Positions 52,181-61,379 of a DNA stretch of 61,379 nucleotides are shown piece by piece (the stretch's first letter is position 1; each line of letters starts with the position of its first letter). A program made the translations under genes and the position numbers. Source of the stretch: Pseudomonadota bacterium (GTDB lineage: Bacteria; Pseudomonadota; Alphaproteobacteria; Paracaedibacterales; CAIOTO01). The stretch spans positions 1 to 61,379 of the forward strand of contig JAZKAK010000025.1 of the NCBI GenBank assembly GCA_040389165.1, written 5' to 3'. Below the pieces are notes generated by a model that saw only the letters and a list, made by a program, of their open reading frames with translations, had not been told where the DNA came from and made no database searches.

Positions 52181-54028
52181 ATGTCGACGCTAAATCCAGT
52201 GCTTAAATCACCCTATCGTACTCATACGTGTGGGCAGTTGCGCGATACAAATAATGGTGAAACAGTAAAGCTTTCTGGATGGATTCATCGTAAGCGTGAC
52301 CATGGGAATTTAGTATTTATTGACTTACGTGACCATTATGGGCTGACACAATGTGTAATTGCTGCAGGCAGTGATGGTTTTAACACAGCAGAGCATTTAC
52401 GAAACGAAACAGTAATACAAATCGAAGGTAACGTTGTAAAACGCTCAAGCGATACAGTAAATGCAAAAATGCCGACAGGTGACGTTGAAATTATGGTTCA
52501 ACATATCACCGTGCTATCTGTTGCTGATCCCTTGCCATTACCTGTTAATTCGGACACTGAATTTCCAGAGGAAACACGTTTGACGTACCGTTTTTTGGAT
52601 TTACGTCGTGAAAAATTACATCAAAACATAGTACTGCGTTCCAACGTGATTGCATCACTTCGCAGGCGCATGATTGATCAAGGGTTTATGGAATTCCAAA
52701 CACCAATTTTAACCTCATCATCGCCAGAAGGCGCACGTGACTTTTTGGTACCGAGCCGTTTACACCCCGGCCAATTTTATGCATTGCCGCAGGCTCCTCA
52801 ACAATTTAAGCAATTGTTGATGGTTGCTGGCTTTGACCGCTATTTTCAAATAGCACCTTGCTTCCGTGACGAGGACGCACGTGCAGATCGTTCACCTGGT
52901 GAATTTTATCAACTCGATATTGAAATGTCATTTGTAACGCAAGAAGAAGTTTTTGCGGCTGTTGAGCCTGTCCTGGCAGGTGTATTTAATGAATTTGCGA
53001 ATGGCAAGACCGTTACGCAAGGGTTATTCCCGCGTATTCCTTATGTTGAATCTATGTTGAAATATGGTAACGATAAGCCTGATTTGCGCAATCCATTAAT
53101 TATTTCAGATGTAACGGAAGTCTTTAAAGATTCTGGCTTTGGTATTTTTGCAAAAAATATTGATAAAGGTTGTGTGGTTCGTGCAATTCCAGCGACCGGT
53201 GCTGCAGCGCAACCGCGCAGTTTCTTTGATAAACTGAATGGTTGGGCGCAAGATATAGGCATGGCAGGTCTTGGTTATATAGTGTTCGATGGTGACGATG
53301 CGAAAGGACCTATCGCTAAGTTTTTAGATGCAGATCGCCTCAGTTTACTTAAAAAATTATCAGGTGTTTCATCTGGTGACGCTGTGTTCTTTGTCTGTGA
53401 TAAAGAATCAAAAGCGTCTAAATTTGCAGGGCTTGCGCGCACACGTATCGCTAATGATCTTGACCTAATTGAAAAGAATACATTCCGCTTTTGCTGGGTT
53501 GTTGACTTTCCAATGTACGAACAAGATGAAGACACAGGCAAGATCGATTTCTCACATAATCCATTTTCAATGCCACAAGGTGGACTTGACGCACTTCTGA
53601 CGCAAGATCCACTAACGATCAATGCATACCAATATGACATTGTGTGTAATGGAATTGAATTATCAAGCGGTGCCATTCGAAATCATTTACCAGAGGTAAT
53701 GTACAAGGCATTTGAGATTGCAGGTTATTCGAAAGAAACCGTTGAAGAACAGTTTTCAGGCATGTTAAATGCGTTTAAATTTGGCGCCCCTCCACATGGC
53801 GGTAGTGCGCCTGGTGTTGATCGTATCGTAATGTTGCTTGCAGACGAGCCTAATATACGTGAAGTTATTGTGTTTCCAATGAATCAACAAGCACAAGATT
53901 TGATGATGAAAGCACCATCAATCGTTGAGCCAGAGCGTTTGAAGGAGTTGCATTTACAAGTGAATTTACCAAAACCAAAAGAAGTTCTGGTAAAGAAAGT
54001 TTCTGATGTAACTGCAGCTGCAGGTTAA
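52181..54028 (+). CDS. aspS: Aspartate--tRNA ligase
   Basis: [51 protein letters not shown]. Confidence 0.97.
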   Translation: MSTLNPVLKSPYRTHTCGQLRDTNNGETVKLSGWIHRKRDHGNLVFIDLRDHYGLTQCVIAAGSDGFNTAEHLRNETVIQIEGNVVKRSSDTVNAKMPTGDVEIMVQHITVLSVADPLPLPVNSDTEFPEETRLTYRFLDLRREKLHQNIVLRSNVIASLRRRMIDQGFMEFQTPILTSSSPEGARDFLVPSRLHPGQFYALPQAPQQFKQLLMVAGFDRYFQIAPCFRDEDARADRSPGEFYQLDIEMSFVTQEEVFAAVEPVLAGVFNEFANGKTVTQGLFPRIPYVESMLKYGNDKPDLRNPLIISDVTEVFKDSGFGIFAKNIDKGCVVRAIPATGAAAQPRSFFDKLNGWAQDIGMAGLGYIVFDGDDAKGPIAKFLDADRLSLLKKLSGVSSGDAVFFVCDKESKASKFAGLARTRIANDLDLIEKNTFRFCWVVDFPMYEQDEDTGKIDFSHNPFSMPQGGLDALLTQDPLTINAYQYDIVCNGIELSSGAIRNHLPEVMYKAFEIAGYSKETVEEQFSGMLNAFKFGAPPHGGSAPGVDRIVMLLADEPNIREVIVFPMNQQAQDLMMKAPSIVEPERLKELHLQVNLPKPKEVLVKKVSDVTAAAG

Positions 54029-54034
54029 TAAGTA

Positions 54035-54574
54035 TTGGTAAATTTCTTAAGCCCCTCAAATGAGGCTGTTCGTATTCTCGGGCTTGATCCCGGTCTTCGT
54101 CATACGGGTTGGGGATTAATTGAATCTAAGGGGCAAGGTGTTCGTTACCTTGCCTCTGGTGTTATTGATCCAAACGTAAAAGAAGAATCACTCGCGCTTC
54201 GTCTGGCAGAGCTGTTTGAAAAATTAATGATAGTTGTAAAAGAATGCGTTCCTGATGAAGCTGTTGTCGAAGAAGTGTTCATGAATAAAAACCCAGGATC
54301 TACGCTTAAATTAGGCATGGCGCGCGGTGTTGTGCTGCTTGTGCCGGCCCATTGTAATGTGCCTGTCTTTGAATATACAGCTAACCAAGTGAAGAAATCT
54401 GTGGTTGGTGCAGGTCATGCTGATAAAAACCAAGTACTTCAAATGGTGCGTAGATTATTGCCAACAGCGCCAATGAATATGAAGCCTGATGCAGCTGATG
54501 CATTAGCCGTCGCACTGTGTCACACCCATCACAGATTGATGAACCGTTATAACGCACTGGTGAAAAACAGATAA
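54035..54574 (+). CDS. ruvC: Holliday junction resolvase
   Basis: ILGLDPG...GWG, VEEVF, LGMARG, VKKSVVG.G.ADK.QV, DAADALAVA. Confidence 0.95.
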   Translation: MVNFLSPSNEAVRILGLDPGLRHTGWGLIESKGQGVRYLASGVIDPNVKEESLALRLAELFEKLMIVVKECVPDEAVVEEVFMNKNPGSTLKLGMARGVVLLVPAHCNVPVFEYTANQVKKSVVGAGHADKNQVLQMVRRLLPTAPMNMKPDAADALAVALCHTHHRLMNRYNALVKNR

Positions 54575-54683
54575 TGAGCCAATCTGAAGCTTAGCATAAT
54601 CATTTTTATACAGGATATTTTTTGTTCACAGGGAGAATAAATAGGATTTGACTCTTGCATCAAATCAGGAAGGCAATGAATCA

Positions 54684-54768
54684 TGGTGCGGCCGAGAAGA
54701 CTCGAACTTCCATGAATTGCTTCACAGCGACCTCAACGCTGCGCGTCTACCAATTTCGCCACGGCCGC
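54684..54768 (-). tRNA. tRNA-Leu (GAG)
   Basis: GCGGCCG acceptor stem, CAGCG-TTGAGGT-CGCTG anticodon arm, long variable arm, encoded CCA. Confidence 0.95.
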
Positions 54769-54775
54769 TTAAAAG

Positions 54776-54851
54776 TGGTGCCGATTGTAGGAGTCGAACC
54801 CACGACCTACTGATTACAAATCAGTTGCTCTACCAGCTGAGCTAAATCGGC
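54776..54851 (-). tRNA. tRNA-Thr (TGT)
   Basis: GCCGATT acceptor stem, CTGA-TTTGTAA-TCAG anticodon arm, GGTTCGACTCC, encoded CCA. Confidence 0.96.
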
Positions 54852-54978
54852 TTCACTCTTATTTTTTACCAAATTACGCGCAGGATGTCTAGCCTAAATA
54901 TGCATAATCATGAAAATATTTTTCATATTCAGCAAATGTATGCCTGGCTGCCAGCCAACGAGGGTATCAGTGCCTACC

Positions 54979-55725
54979 TTATTCCAATCTAAATGTAATA
55001 TTACTCACAACCCGAACACGCTTTTTAATGCTGGCTGGCGTGTCGTGACTGTAGTGTTCTGATCCTGAAGTGTCTTTTTCTCCTGTTATTGAAAATGATC
55101 CCTGAGATGCCTTTAGAATGCCGCCTACGTGTGTCCCCGAATCTTTAGCAAATTGATCAGCCATGGCACGTGCACTTTTTGTCGCTTCAGCAAGCATGGG
55201 AGCGCGAATTTCTTCCAACTTCGTGAATGTATGCGTTTCTGAAGCTGAAACATTTAACATTTTTCCTGTTATTCTAATTTTCAAAAGATCATTATTAAAT
55301 TTTTCAATTGCCTCTTTATCGTATCCATCTATTTTTAATCTTATTTCATAATTATATTTTTTATAAAATGGAATCTGATGTTCTTGATAAGGAATGCTTT
55401 CTTCATGAATATGAATGCTATCCTTTATATTTTCTATTTTAAATCCAGAATCAACAAGCATTTTTTTAACTATGATCAGTTCATCTTGAAGCATCTTCGC
55501 TGCCATAGCTATATCATCTGTTTTTTCATGCATAGTAATAAGAATTTGACTTTTATCTGCATCAACAACACGTTCTGACAGCCCTTTAACAGTCACCGAT
55601 TTTTCACTTGCTTTAAAGCGGTCTATCGCTTTGCCTATAAAAAATCCCCCAAGACCTGGTCCTATGCTTATTGCCAAACCAAGCACGACAACATGTATAG
55701 GCTTAATAATTTTTGATTTCATCAT
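54979..55725 (-). CDS. SIMPL (DUF541) domain periplasmic protein
   Basis: VTVKGLSER.V.AD, A..AEAT..AR..A.QFAKDSG, ASQG.FSI, KRVRVVS. Confidence 0.88.
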   Translation of the reverse strand: MMKSKIIKPIHVVVLGLAISIGPGLGGFFIGKAIDRFKASEKSVTVKGLSERVVDADKSQILITMHEKTDDIAMAAKMLQDELIIVKKMLVDSGFKIENIKDSIHIHEESIPYQEHQIPFYKKYNYEIRLKIDGYDKEAIEKFNNDLLKIRITGKMLNVSASETHTFTKLEEIRAPMLAEATKSARAMADQFAKDSGTHVGGILKASQGSFSITGEKDTSGSEHYSHDTPASIKKRVRVVSNITFRLE

Positions 55726-55880
55726 TTTTCAACCTTTAAAGAAACTATCTCTATATGAGTTAGCATGTGTTCAGTAATTTACATTATGAAGATGCAATCT
55801 TTCCCTTGACTTTCATCGATGAGGAGTGTTTTTTTAATAGAGATATTGCACACCGCTCTATAAAAAAGGATGACATATAA

Positions 55881-57146
55881 ATGTTTCTAAAAAGTTACTT
55901 TGCACGAATTTTACTAGGCACTCTCGTGTCTGTATCTTTAAGTGTCGCGGCGCCTTCTAAAAAAAAGATTCCGCCTTCTTCTAAAACAGAAATAAAAAAA
56001 ACCATTGAGAAGACGGATGACGTTAAGGAAAGCGAATCAACGACAAAAGCCTCTACACCGTTTATTGGTCTCCCTTTGGATATTGATGTTCTGGCACGTG
56101 AAGCTTACATGATTGATTATGATACAGGCGCTGTTTTGCTTGAAAAAGATGCTACAAAACCGATGCATCCTTCATCAATGACGAAAATCATGACTGCTTA
56201 TCTTGTCATTGATAAAATCAAGACAGGCGTTATTAAGAAAGATTCAATCTTTACTGTAAGCAAAAATGGTTGGCGCGTTGAAGGATCAACTTCTTATTTA
56301 AACATTAATGACCAAGTAAAAGTAGAAGATCTTCTTAAAGGCCTGATTATTCAATCAGGCAATGATGCGAGTGTAATCTTAGCTGAAAACATTTCAGGTA
56401 GCGAAAGCGCTTTTGCTAGTGAGATGACACGCCGTGCACATGATATGGGTGCCAAGCAAACAAATTTCCTAAATGCAAGTGGGCTTCCGCTGCCTGAACA
56501 TCAAACAACAGCAAAAGATCTTGCGATCATCTCAGAGCATGCAATTAAAGATCAGGCTGAATTTTACCCCATTTATAGTGAAAAAGAATATACATACGGT
56601 AAAACAACCCAAGGCAATCGAAATCCCCTCCTCTACAACAACACTATTGGCTGTGATGGCATTAAAACTGGTCACACTGAAATTGCAGGCTATGGCATGG
56701 TTGCATCTTGCATGCAAGATGGTAGACGTATTATCTTGGTGATAAACGGCCTTAAAAGCAAACAAGCGCGTGCAGACGAAGCGAGAAAGCTCTCAATCTG
56801 GGGCCTTCACACTTTCACGAACAAGACAATAGCAATAGCTCAGCAAGTGCTCGGTGAAATTCCTGTTGTCTATGGAACGTTAGAACATGTTAATGCTGTT
56901 GTACGAAATTCATGCATTGTGACCGTACCAAAATCATTCGAAAATGAACTTAAAACAACGATCGAACTTACAGAATCAATTGAAGCCCCCATTGCAAGTG
57001 GTATGACGTTGGGTAAAGTCATTGTTACCTGCCCTGCATTCAAAGAGTCTATAATTTTTGATCTTATTGCTGAAAAAGATGTTGAAAAAGCAGGATTCAT
57101 AAAACGAATAGGTCAAAAGATCGCTGCTGTTTTTAAACGTAAATAA
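55881..57146 (+). CDS. D-alanyl-D-alanine carboxypeptidase (peptidase S11)
   Basis: SMTK (SxxK), SGN, KTG motifs; signal peptide; PBP5 C-domain. Confidence 0.94.
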   Translation: MFLKSYFARILLGTLVSVSLSVAAPSKKKIPPSSKTEIKKTIEKTDDVKESESTTKASTPFIGLPLDIDVLAREAYMIDYDTGAVLLEKDATKPMHPSSMTKIMTAYLVIDKIKTGVIKKDSIFTVSKNGWRVEGSTSYLNINDQVKVEDLLKGLIIQSGNDASVILAENISGSESAFASEMTRRAHDMGAKQTNFLNASGLPLPEHQTTAKDLAIISEHAIKDQAEFYPIYSEKEYTYGKTTQGNRNPLLYNNTIGCDGIKTGHTEIAGYGMVASCMQDGRRIILVINGLKSKQARADEARKLSIWGLHTFTNKTIAIAQQVLGEIPVVYGTLEHVNAVVRNSCIVTVPKSFENELKTTIELTESIEAPIASGMTLGKVIVTCPAFKESIIFDLIAEKDVEKAGFIKRIGQKIAAVFKRK

Positions 57147-57155
57147 AGGTTCTTC

Positions 57156-57800
57156 ATGCTGATTAAACAAAAATACATCTTGGCTGGGTTGTTAATCATA
57201 AGCAACGCCTTTGCTGAATATGCCCCCCCTCCTCCTGTCATTATTGAGGCTGAACCTATTTATGCAAAGGCAACGCCTGATGCAATAAAGTTCATCACAC
57301 GCTATTGGAACTCACTTACTATTATTGTTGCTGATATCATTCAGACTAATCCCGATGGGGCGCAAATAAAGGGTAAACTCTACGTCAAAAAAGGTGAGGG
57401 AAATAAGGCAAAACTTCGTGTTGATTACCAGACTGATTATAAGCAGCAACTTTTGATCAAAAAATCTGAAGTGCTTTTAGTTGATTTAACAGATGGGGCA
57501 GTGAGTGCGTATCCTGTCTCGATGACACCAGCTGGTTTGATTTTAAAACCTCAACTTGATTTTGACAAAGATGTTAAGTTTGTCGATTCACGTCAAGTTG
57601 ATGATGATGTACAAATTATTCTCGCGCATAAAGATGATGAAAATGGTGGCACACTCACGCTTAATTTCACACTGGCAGATGGTGGGCATCTTTTAAGGTG
57701 GAAAGTTTTAGATCCACAAGGTAACATAACAGAGGTTGAATTAAACCCCGAAACGATTCGTCTTAATGATGAAAAACTCGTGCCAGATTCTCTTTTTTAA
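57156..57800 (+). CDS. lolA: Outer-membrane lipoprotein carrier LolA-like protein
   Basis: Signal peptide; ADIIQT, G.LYV, KLRVDY, TP...IL, W.V.D.QG..T pattern. Confidence 0.72.
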   Translation: MLIKQKYILAGLLIISNAFAEYAPPPPVIIEAEPIYAKATPDAIKFITRYWNSLTIIVADIIQTNPDGAQIKGKLYVKKGEGNKAKLRVDYQTDYKQQLLIKKSEVLLVDLTDGAVSAYPVSMTPAGLILKPQLDFDKDVKFVDSRQVDDDVQIILAHKDDENGGTLTLNFTLADGGHLLRWKVLDPQGNITEVELNPETIRLNDEKLVPDSLF

Positions 57801-57827
57801 TGTTTATAGTTATGGAAAATAAAGACA

Positions 57828-58310
57828 ATGCCTCATGTGCGCCTTCTACAATTCTTCGAATCTATTCCCTCAAAAATAATTGATATTTATGTCGATGGTG
57901 CATGCAGTGGGAACCCAGGACCAGGTGGGTGGGGCGCAGTATTTTCTAAGGATGAAAAAGAGGCAACACTTGCTGGCGGAAACCCAGCCACAACAAATAA
58001 TCGCATGGAATTGCAGGCCGCAATTGAGGCTATACGTGCATTACCAGCTGATTTCTCAGCAACGCTTTACACAGATAGTCAATATGTAAAAAATGGTATC
58101 ACTTTATGGATTGTAGGCTGGAAAAAGCGTGACTGGCTAAATTCAAAAAAAGAACCTGTAAAGAACAAAGATCTTTGGGAAGAACTTGACTCATGTACAC
58201 AAAAAAAGAATGTTTCATGGGAATGGGTTAAAGGGCATGATGGCCATCCATTGAACGAAAAAGCGGATACACTTGCACGTCGCGCTATTATTGCAGAACG
58301 GATGAAATAA
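57828..58310 (+). CDS. rnhA: Ribonuclease HI
   Basis: DGACSGNPGPGGWG, TTNNRMEL, TDSQYV, VKNKDLW, WVKGH, NEKAD. Confidence 0.96.
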   Translation: MPHVRLLQFFESIPSKIIDIYVDGACSGNPGPGGWGAVFSKDEKEATLAGGNPATTNNRMELQAAIEAIRALPADFSATLYTDSQYVKNGITLWIVGWKKRDWLNSKKEPVKNKDLWEELDSCTQKKNVSWEWVKGHDGHPLNEKADTLARRAIIAERMK

Positions 58311-58363
58311 ATTAGTAGATGTGATTAAAATCTAACGGCAAGCTGTTGCCAGCATGCCATTAC

Positions 58364-60424
58364 TTAACCATTACCAACCAGTGATATCCATTCATCTTCG
58401 CTTAGGGTGGTAATGCCAAATTCTTTCGCTTGACTCAATTTCTTACCCGCATCAGCGCCCACAACAACGAAGTCTGTTTTTTTTGAAACTGAACCAGCCA
58501 CATGTGCACCTAAACGTTCAGCTTGCGTTTTTGCTTCTGCTCGACTCAATTTTTCAAGCGTCCCTGTAAATACAATCGTTTTACCTACGAATATGGAATC
58601 ACTAACCACTTCCATAATAACAGCCTCTATTGTGACGTAAGTCATCAACTCGTCAATGATGGCTTTATTATCAGATGCTGCAAAAAATTGAATTATTTCC
58701 TCGGCCATAACTTCACCAATACCGTCAAGCACACATAAATCTTCTGCCGAAGCAGCGAGTACAGCCTCCATTGTCTTTAAACGTAATGCTAATGTGCGAG
58801 CCGTAACCTGCCCAACTTGTGGAATACCAAGCCCGAAAATAAATCGATCCAGACCAATCTTACGGCGCTTCCTTAGTTCATCAAATAGGTTTGTTACCGC
58901 CTTGGCGCCCCATCCTTCACGTGCTTCAAGATTAATAGCGATATTTCGTGCTTCAAGTGTAAACAAATCAGGTGGGGTTCGTACAATTTCCCATTCGAAG
59001 AAATTCTGTAAGTGACGTTCACCCAGTCCATCGATATCAAATGCATCACGGCTTACAAAATGCCGGAGACGTTCCACTGCTTGTGCGATGCAATTAAATC
59101 CGCCACTACACCGTTTAGCCACTTGCCCTTCTGATTGCACAACCGCAGAGTGACAAACTGGGCATGCATCTGGAAATGTAAAAGGAACTGAATCTATGGG
59201 CCGTTTAGCAAGGAGCACTTCAACAACTTGCGGTATTACATCCCCTGCCCTTTGCACGATCACAGTATCCCCTACGCGAATATCTTTACGTCTGATTTCA
59301 TCATCATTGTGCAATGATGCACGGCTAACCGTGACACCGCCCACAAGAACAGGACGCAAATGGGCAACGGGCGTTAAAACACCTGTGCGCCCCACTTGGA
59401 TATCAATCATGTCAACAATTGTTTCAGCTTGCTCAGCTGAGAATTTATGCGCTATTGAATGCCGAGGAGAACGTCCCACTGTGCCAAGCCGGGCCTGTAA
59501 TGCCAAATCATTGACCTTATAAACGACACCATCAATTTCATAAGGAAGTTCAGCGCGTTGACGTTCGATAAAGTCGTAATGTTCTAGCATAGTTTCACTA
59601 TTTGGACACAGCGCCACAAGTGAGCTAACCCGAAAACCTAAACGATTTAGAGATATCAAAATATCGGCTTGGGTTTGATTCATTTGGTTGGATAAAGATT
59701 CACACCAATACGCAAGAAAGCGAAGCGGACGTTTTGAGGTTATGCTTGAATCGAGCAATCGCAGAGACCCTGCAGCTGCATTCCGTGGATTGACAAAAGG
59801 TTGCTCCCCAGCTTCAATTCGTGATTGATTTAATGTTTCAAAATCTGATTTATTCATGTATATCTCACCACGAACTTCAAGGCTTTCAGGTATATTATCG
59901 CCTTGCAATACCAAGGGAACATCACGCACTGTGCGTAGATTCTGCGTTATATTTTCTCCTTCTTGTCCGTCACCGCGTGTAGCTCCTAATACAAAGTTTC
60001 CTTTTTGATAATGGAGTGTTGCTGATAACCCATCAATTTTAGGCTCAGCCATACAAGGGATAGGTATATCATCGTCAACCTTTAAAAAACGATGAATGCG
60101 TGTCATAAATTCATGGACATCTTTTGCCGAAAAGGCATTGTCTAACGATAGCATAGGCTTACGGTGTTTTACTTTTTCAAATTCAGATGATGGTGCTGCG
60201 CCTACACGGTGAGTAGGGCTATCAATTCGACGTAAATCTGGAAACCGACGTTCAATTGCTAAATTCCGTTGATATATTGCATCATACATAGCATCACTAA
60301 TTTCGGGTGAAGCCAGGTGATAATAGCAATGATCATGGTATGCCAATTCCTTCGCAAGACGTAAAAGTTCGGCTGTGGCCTGCTCACGGGTTAATTGATC
60401 AACAGGAATAAATGCAACGGTCAT
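58364..60424 (-). CDS. ligA: NAD-dependent DNA ligase
   Basis: MLSLDN, EPKIDG, TRGDG..GE, NPRNAAAGS, QVGRTG, zinc finger, BRCT. Start taken at MTVAF. Confidence 0.97.
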   Translation of the reverse strand: MTVAFIPVDQLTREQATAELLRLAKELAYHDHCYYHLASPEISDAMYDAIYQRNLAIERRFPDLRRIDSPTHRVGAAPSSEFEKVKHRKPMLSLDNAFSAKDVHEFMTRIHRFLKVDDDIPIPCMAEPKIDGLSATLHYQKGNFVLGATRGDGQEGENITQNLRTVRDVPLVLQGDNIPESLEVRGEIYMNKSDFETLNQSRIEAGEQPFVNPRNAAAGSLRLLDSSITSKRPLRFLAYWCESLSNQMNQTQADILISLNRLGFRVSSLVALCPNSETMLEHYDFIERQRAELPYEIDGVVYKVNDLALQARLGTVGRSPRHSIAHKFSAEQAETIVDMIDIQVGRTGVLTPVAHLRPVLVGGVTVSRASLHNDDEIRRKDIRVGDTVIVQRAGDVIPQVVEVLLAKRPIDSVPFTFPDACPVCHSAVVQSEGQVAKRCSGGFNCIAQAVERLRHFVSRDAFDIDGLGERHLQNFFEWEIVRTPPDLFTLEARNIAINLEAREGWGAKAVTNLFDELRKRRKIGLDRFIFGLGIPQVGQVTARTLALRLKTMEAVLAASAEDLCVLDGIGEVMAEEIIQFFAASDNKAIIDELMTYVTIEAVIMEVVSDSIFVGKTIVFTGTLEKLSRAEAKTQAERLGAHVAGSVSKKTDFVVVGADAGKKLSQAKEFGITTLSEDEWISLVGNG

Positions 60425-60606
60425 AAAGAAAATTCTAACTCGTATTTTTATATTATTATGTAACCTGAACAAAACAATTTAGCAAGTATGAAAGACTGTT
60501 ACGAAGAGCTGCCAATGATATTTTGGACAGATTCTCATTAATTTATGAATCACAAAATCATATTAAAATGTCAATTCGTACAAGACGATTATAGTGAATA
60601 AATTAG

Positions 60607-61308
60607 TTAACTAAAAAATTGTCCTATGACAGACGAGAGAGCAGTAGTAGTTGTTGTTGTTGTGGGAAGAGCTGCTATAGGGGTTGTTATGCCAGCTGTT
60701 GTTGTTGGCATTTGAGAAGGAGATGGCACTGGAGCATTTGATGCTGCGGTGGTAGATGCTGAGGTGGTAGCTGTTGTCGCATTTTGACTATTTGCACGTT
60801 GTTGCAAAGCCTGCTGGAAGGTTAGAACGGGAGCATTTGCTATCGATTGTGTTGCATTAGGCGAGACAACAGGAGCTACTTGAACAGCAGGTGCGGCTTG
60901 AACAGCAGATGCGGCTTGAACAACAGGTGCGGCTTGAACAGCAGGTGCGGCTTGAACAGCAGGTGCGGCTTGAACAACAGGTGCCGATCCTATCACAGAA
61001 GATTGTAACTGATTCCCTAATATACTCGCAATTTGACTTGACACGGAGGCTTGTACTTGTGGTGGAGGTGGCTGTATCTGAGGCTGATTTGTTGCAACAA
61101 CAGGTGCTGCATCCTGAGAAATAGAAGGGGGCGCTATCTGTGCACCATTTGCAGCAACTTGGTAAGCAGGTGATGCTTGATAATAGCCAGCAGGACCTGG
61201 ATAGTTTTGCAGCTGAGCGGTCATTTGCAGATTCTGTGGATAGGGCTGATTATAAGCTTGCACAGGATAACTTCCTTGCGGATATACAGGCACTGTTTGT
61301 GCAGGCAT
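60607..61308 (-). CDS. Low-complexity Q/P/A/T-rich protein with APAVQA repeats
   Basis: 233-aa open frame with strongly biased composition and in-frame 18-bp repeats. Confidence 0.65.
   Translation of the reverse strand: MPAQTVPVYPQGSYPVQAYNQPYPQNLQMTAQLQNYPGPAGYYQASPAYQVAANGAQIAPPSISQDAAPVVATNQPQIQPPPPQVQASVSSQIASILGNQLQSSVIGSAPVVQAAPAVQAAPAVQAAPVVQAASAVQAAPAVQVAPVVSPNATQSIANAPVLTFQQALQQRANSQNATTATTSASTTAASNAPVPSPSQMPTTTAGITTPIAALPTTTTTTTALSSVIGQFFS
60879..60984. repeat. 18-bp tandem repeat, about 6 copies
   Basis: Units CTTGAACA(G/A)CAG(G/A)TGCGG start at 60879, 60897, 60915, 60933, 60951 and 60969. Confidence 0.92.
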
Positions 61309-61379
61309 AGCGCTGGGGAGCGCCCAATACCATTAAGTTAAGAGATTAAGATCAGACCAACCTTCATTTCCCTCAAGTT

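Noticed and set aside
60879-60984. Tandem repeats as a possible CRISPR array
   Set aside because: Units are contiguous with no spacers, in frame in a coding region, and no cas genes are present.

Overview
AT-rich chromosomal window (roughly 38-40% GC by eye) of an alphaproteobacterium. Markers are mucR, eipB, an RpoH2-like sigma, the rpe/heparinase pair and long-form nrdJ. The low GC and broken-up operons suggest a Holosporales/Rickettsiales-like host-associated lineage (inference). Most of the ~46 CDS are housekeeping (glyA, nrdR, rsmA, prmC, nrdJ, metG, tolB, glnA, pnp, priA, hemF, dnaX, parC, miaB, aspS, ruvC, rnhA, ligA and others), with four tRNAs (Thr-GGT, Lys-TTT, Leu-GAG, Thr-TGT) and the SRP RNA. 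Accessory items: a class D beta-lactamase, an orphan PAS histidine kinase, a STAS protein paired with a secreted PTP-like phytase, and an RND pair. Small mobile DNA: a 163-bp nested element with perfect 19-bp terminal inverted repeats and a 9-bp target duplication that encloses a REP/RPE-like palindrome, further GTCAT-ended palindromes, and an IS200/IS605-like hairpin end that appears to truncate the first gene. I found no CRISPR array, prophage or full transposase. I cannot claim a clearly new multi-gene system; the best leads are the nested element, the STAS-phytase pair, the edge IS end and a glutamine synthetase lacking its adenylylation tyrosine.
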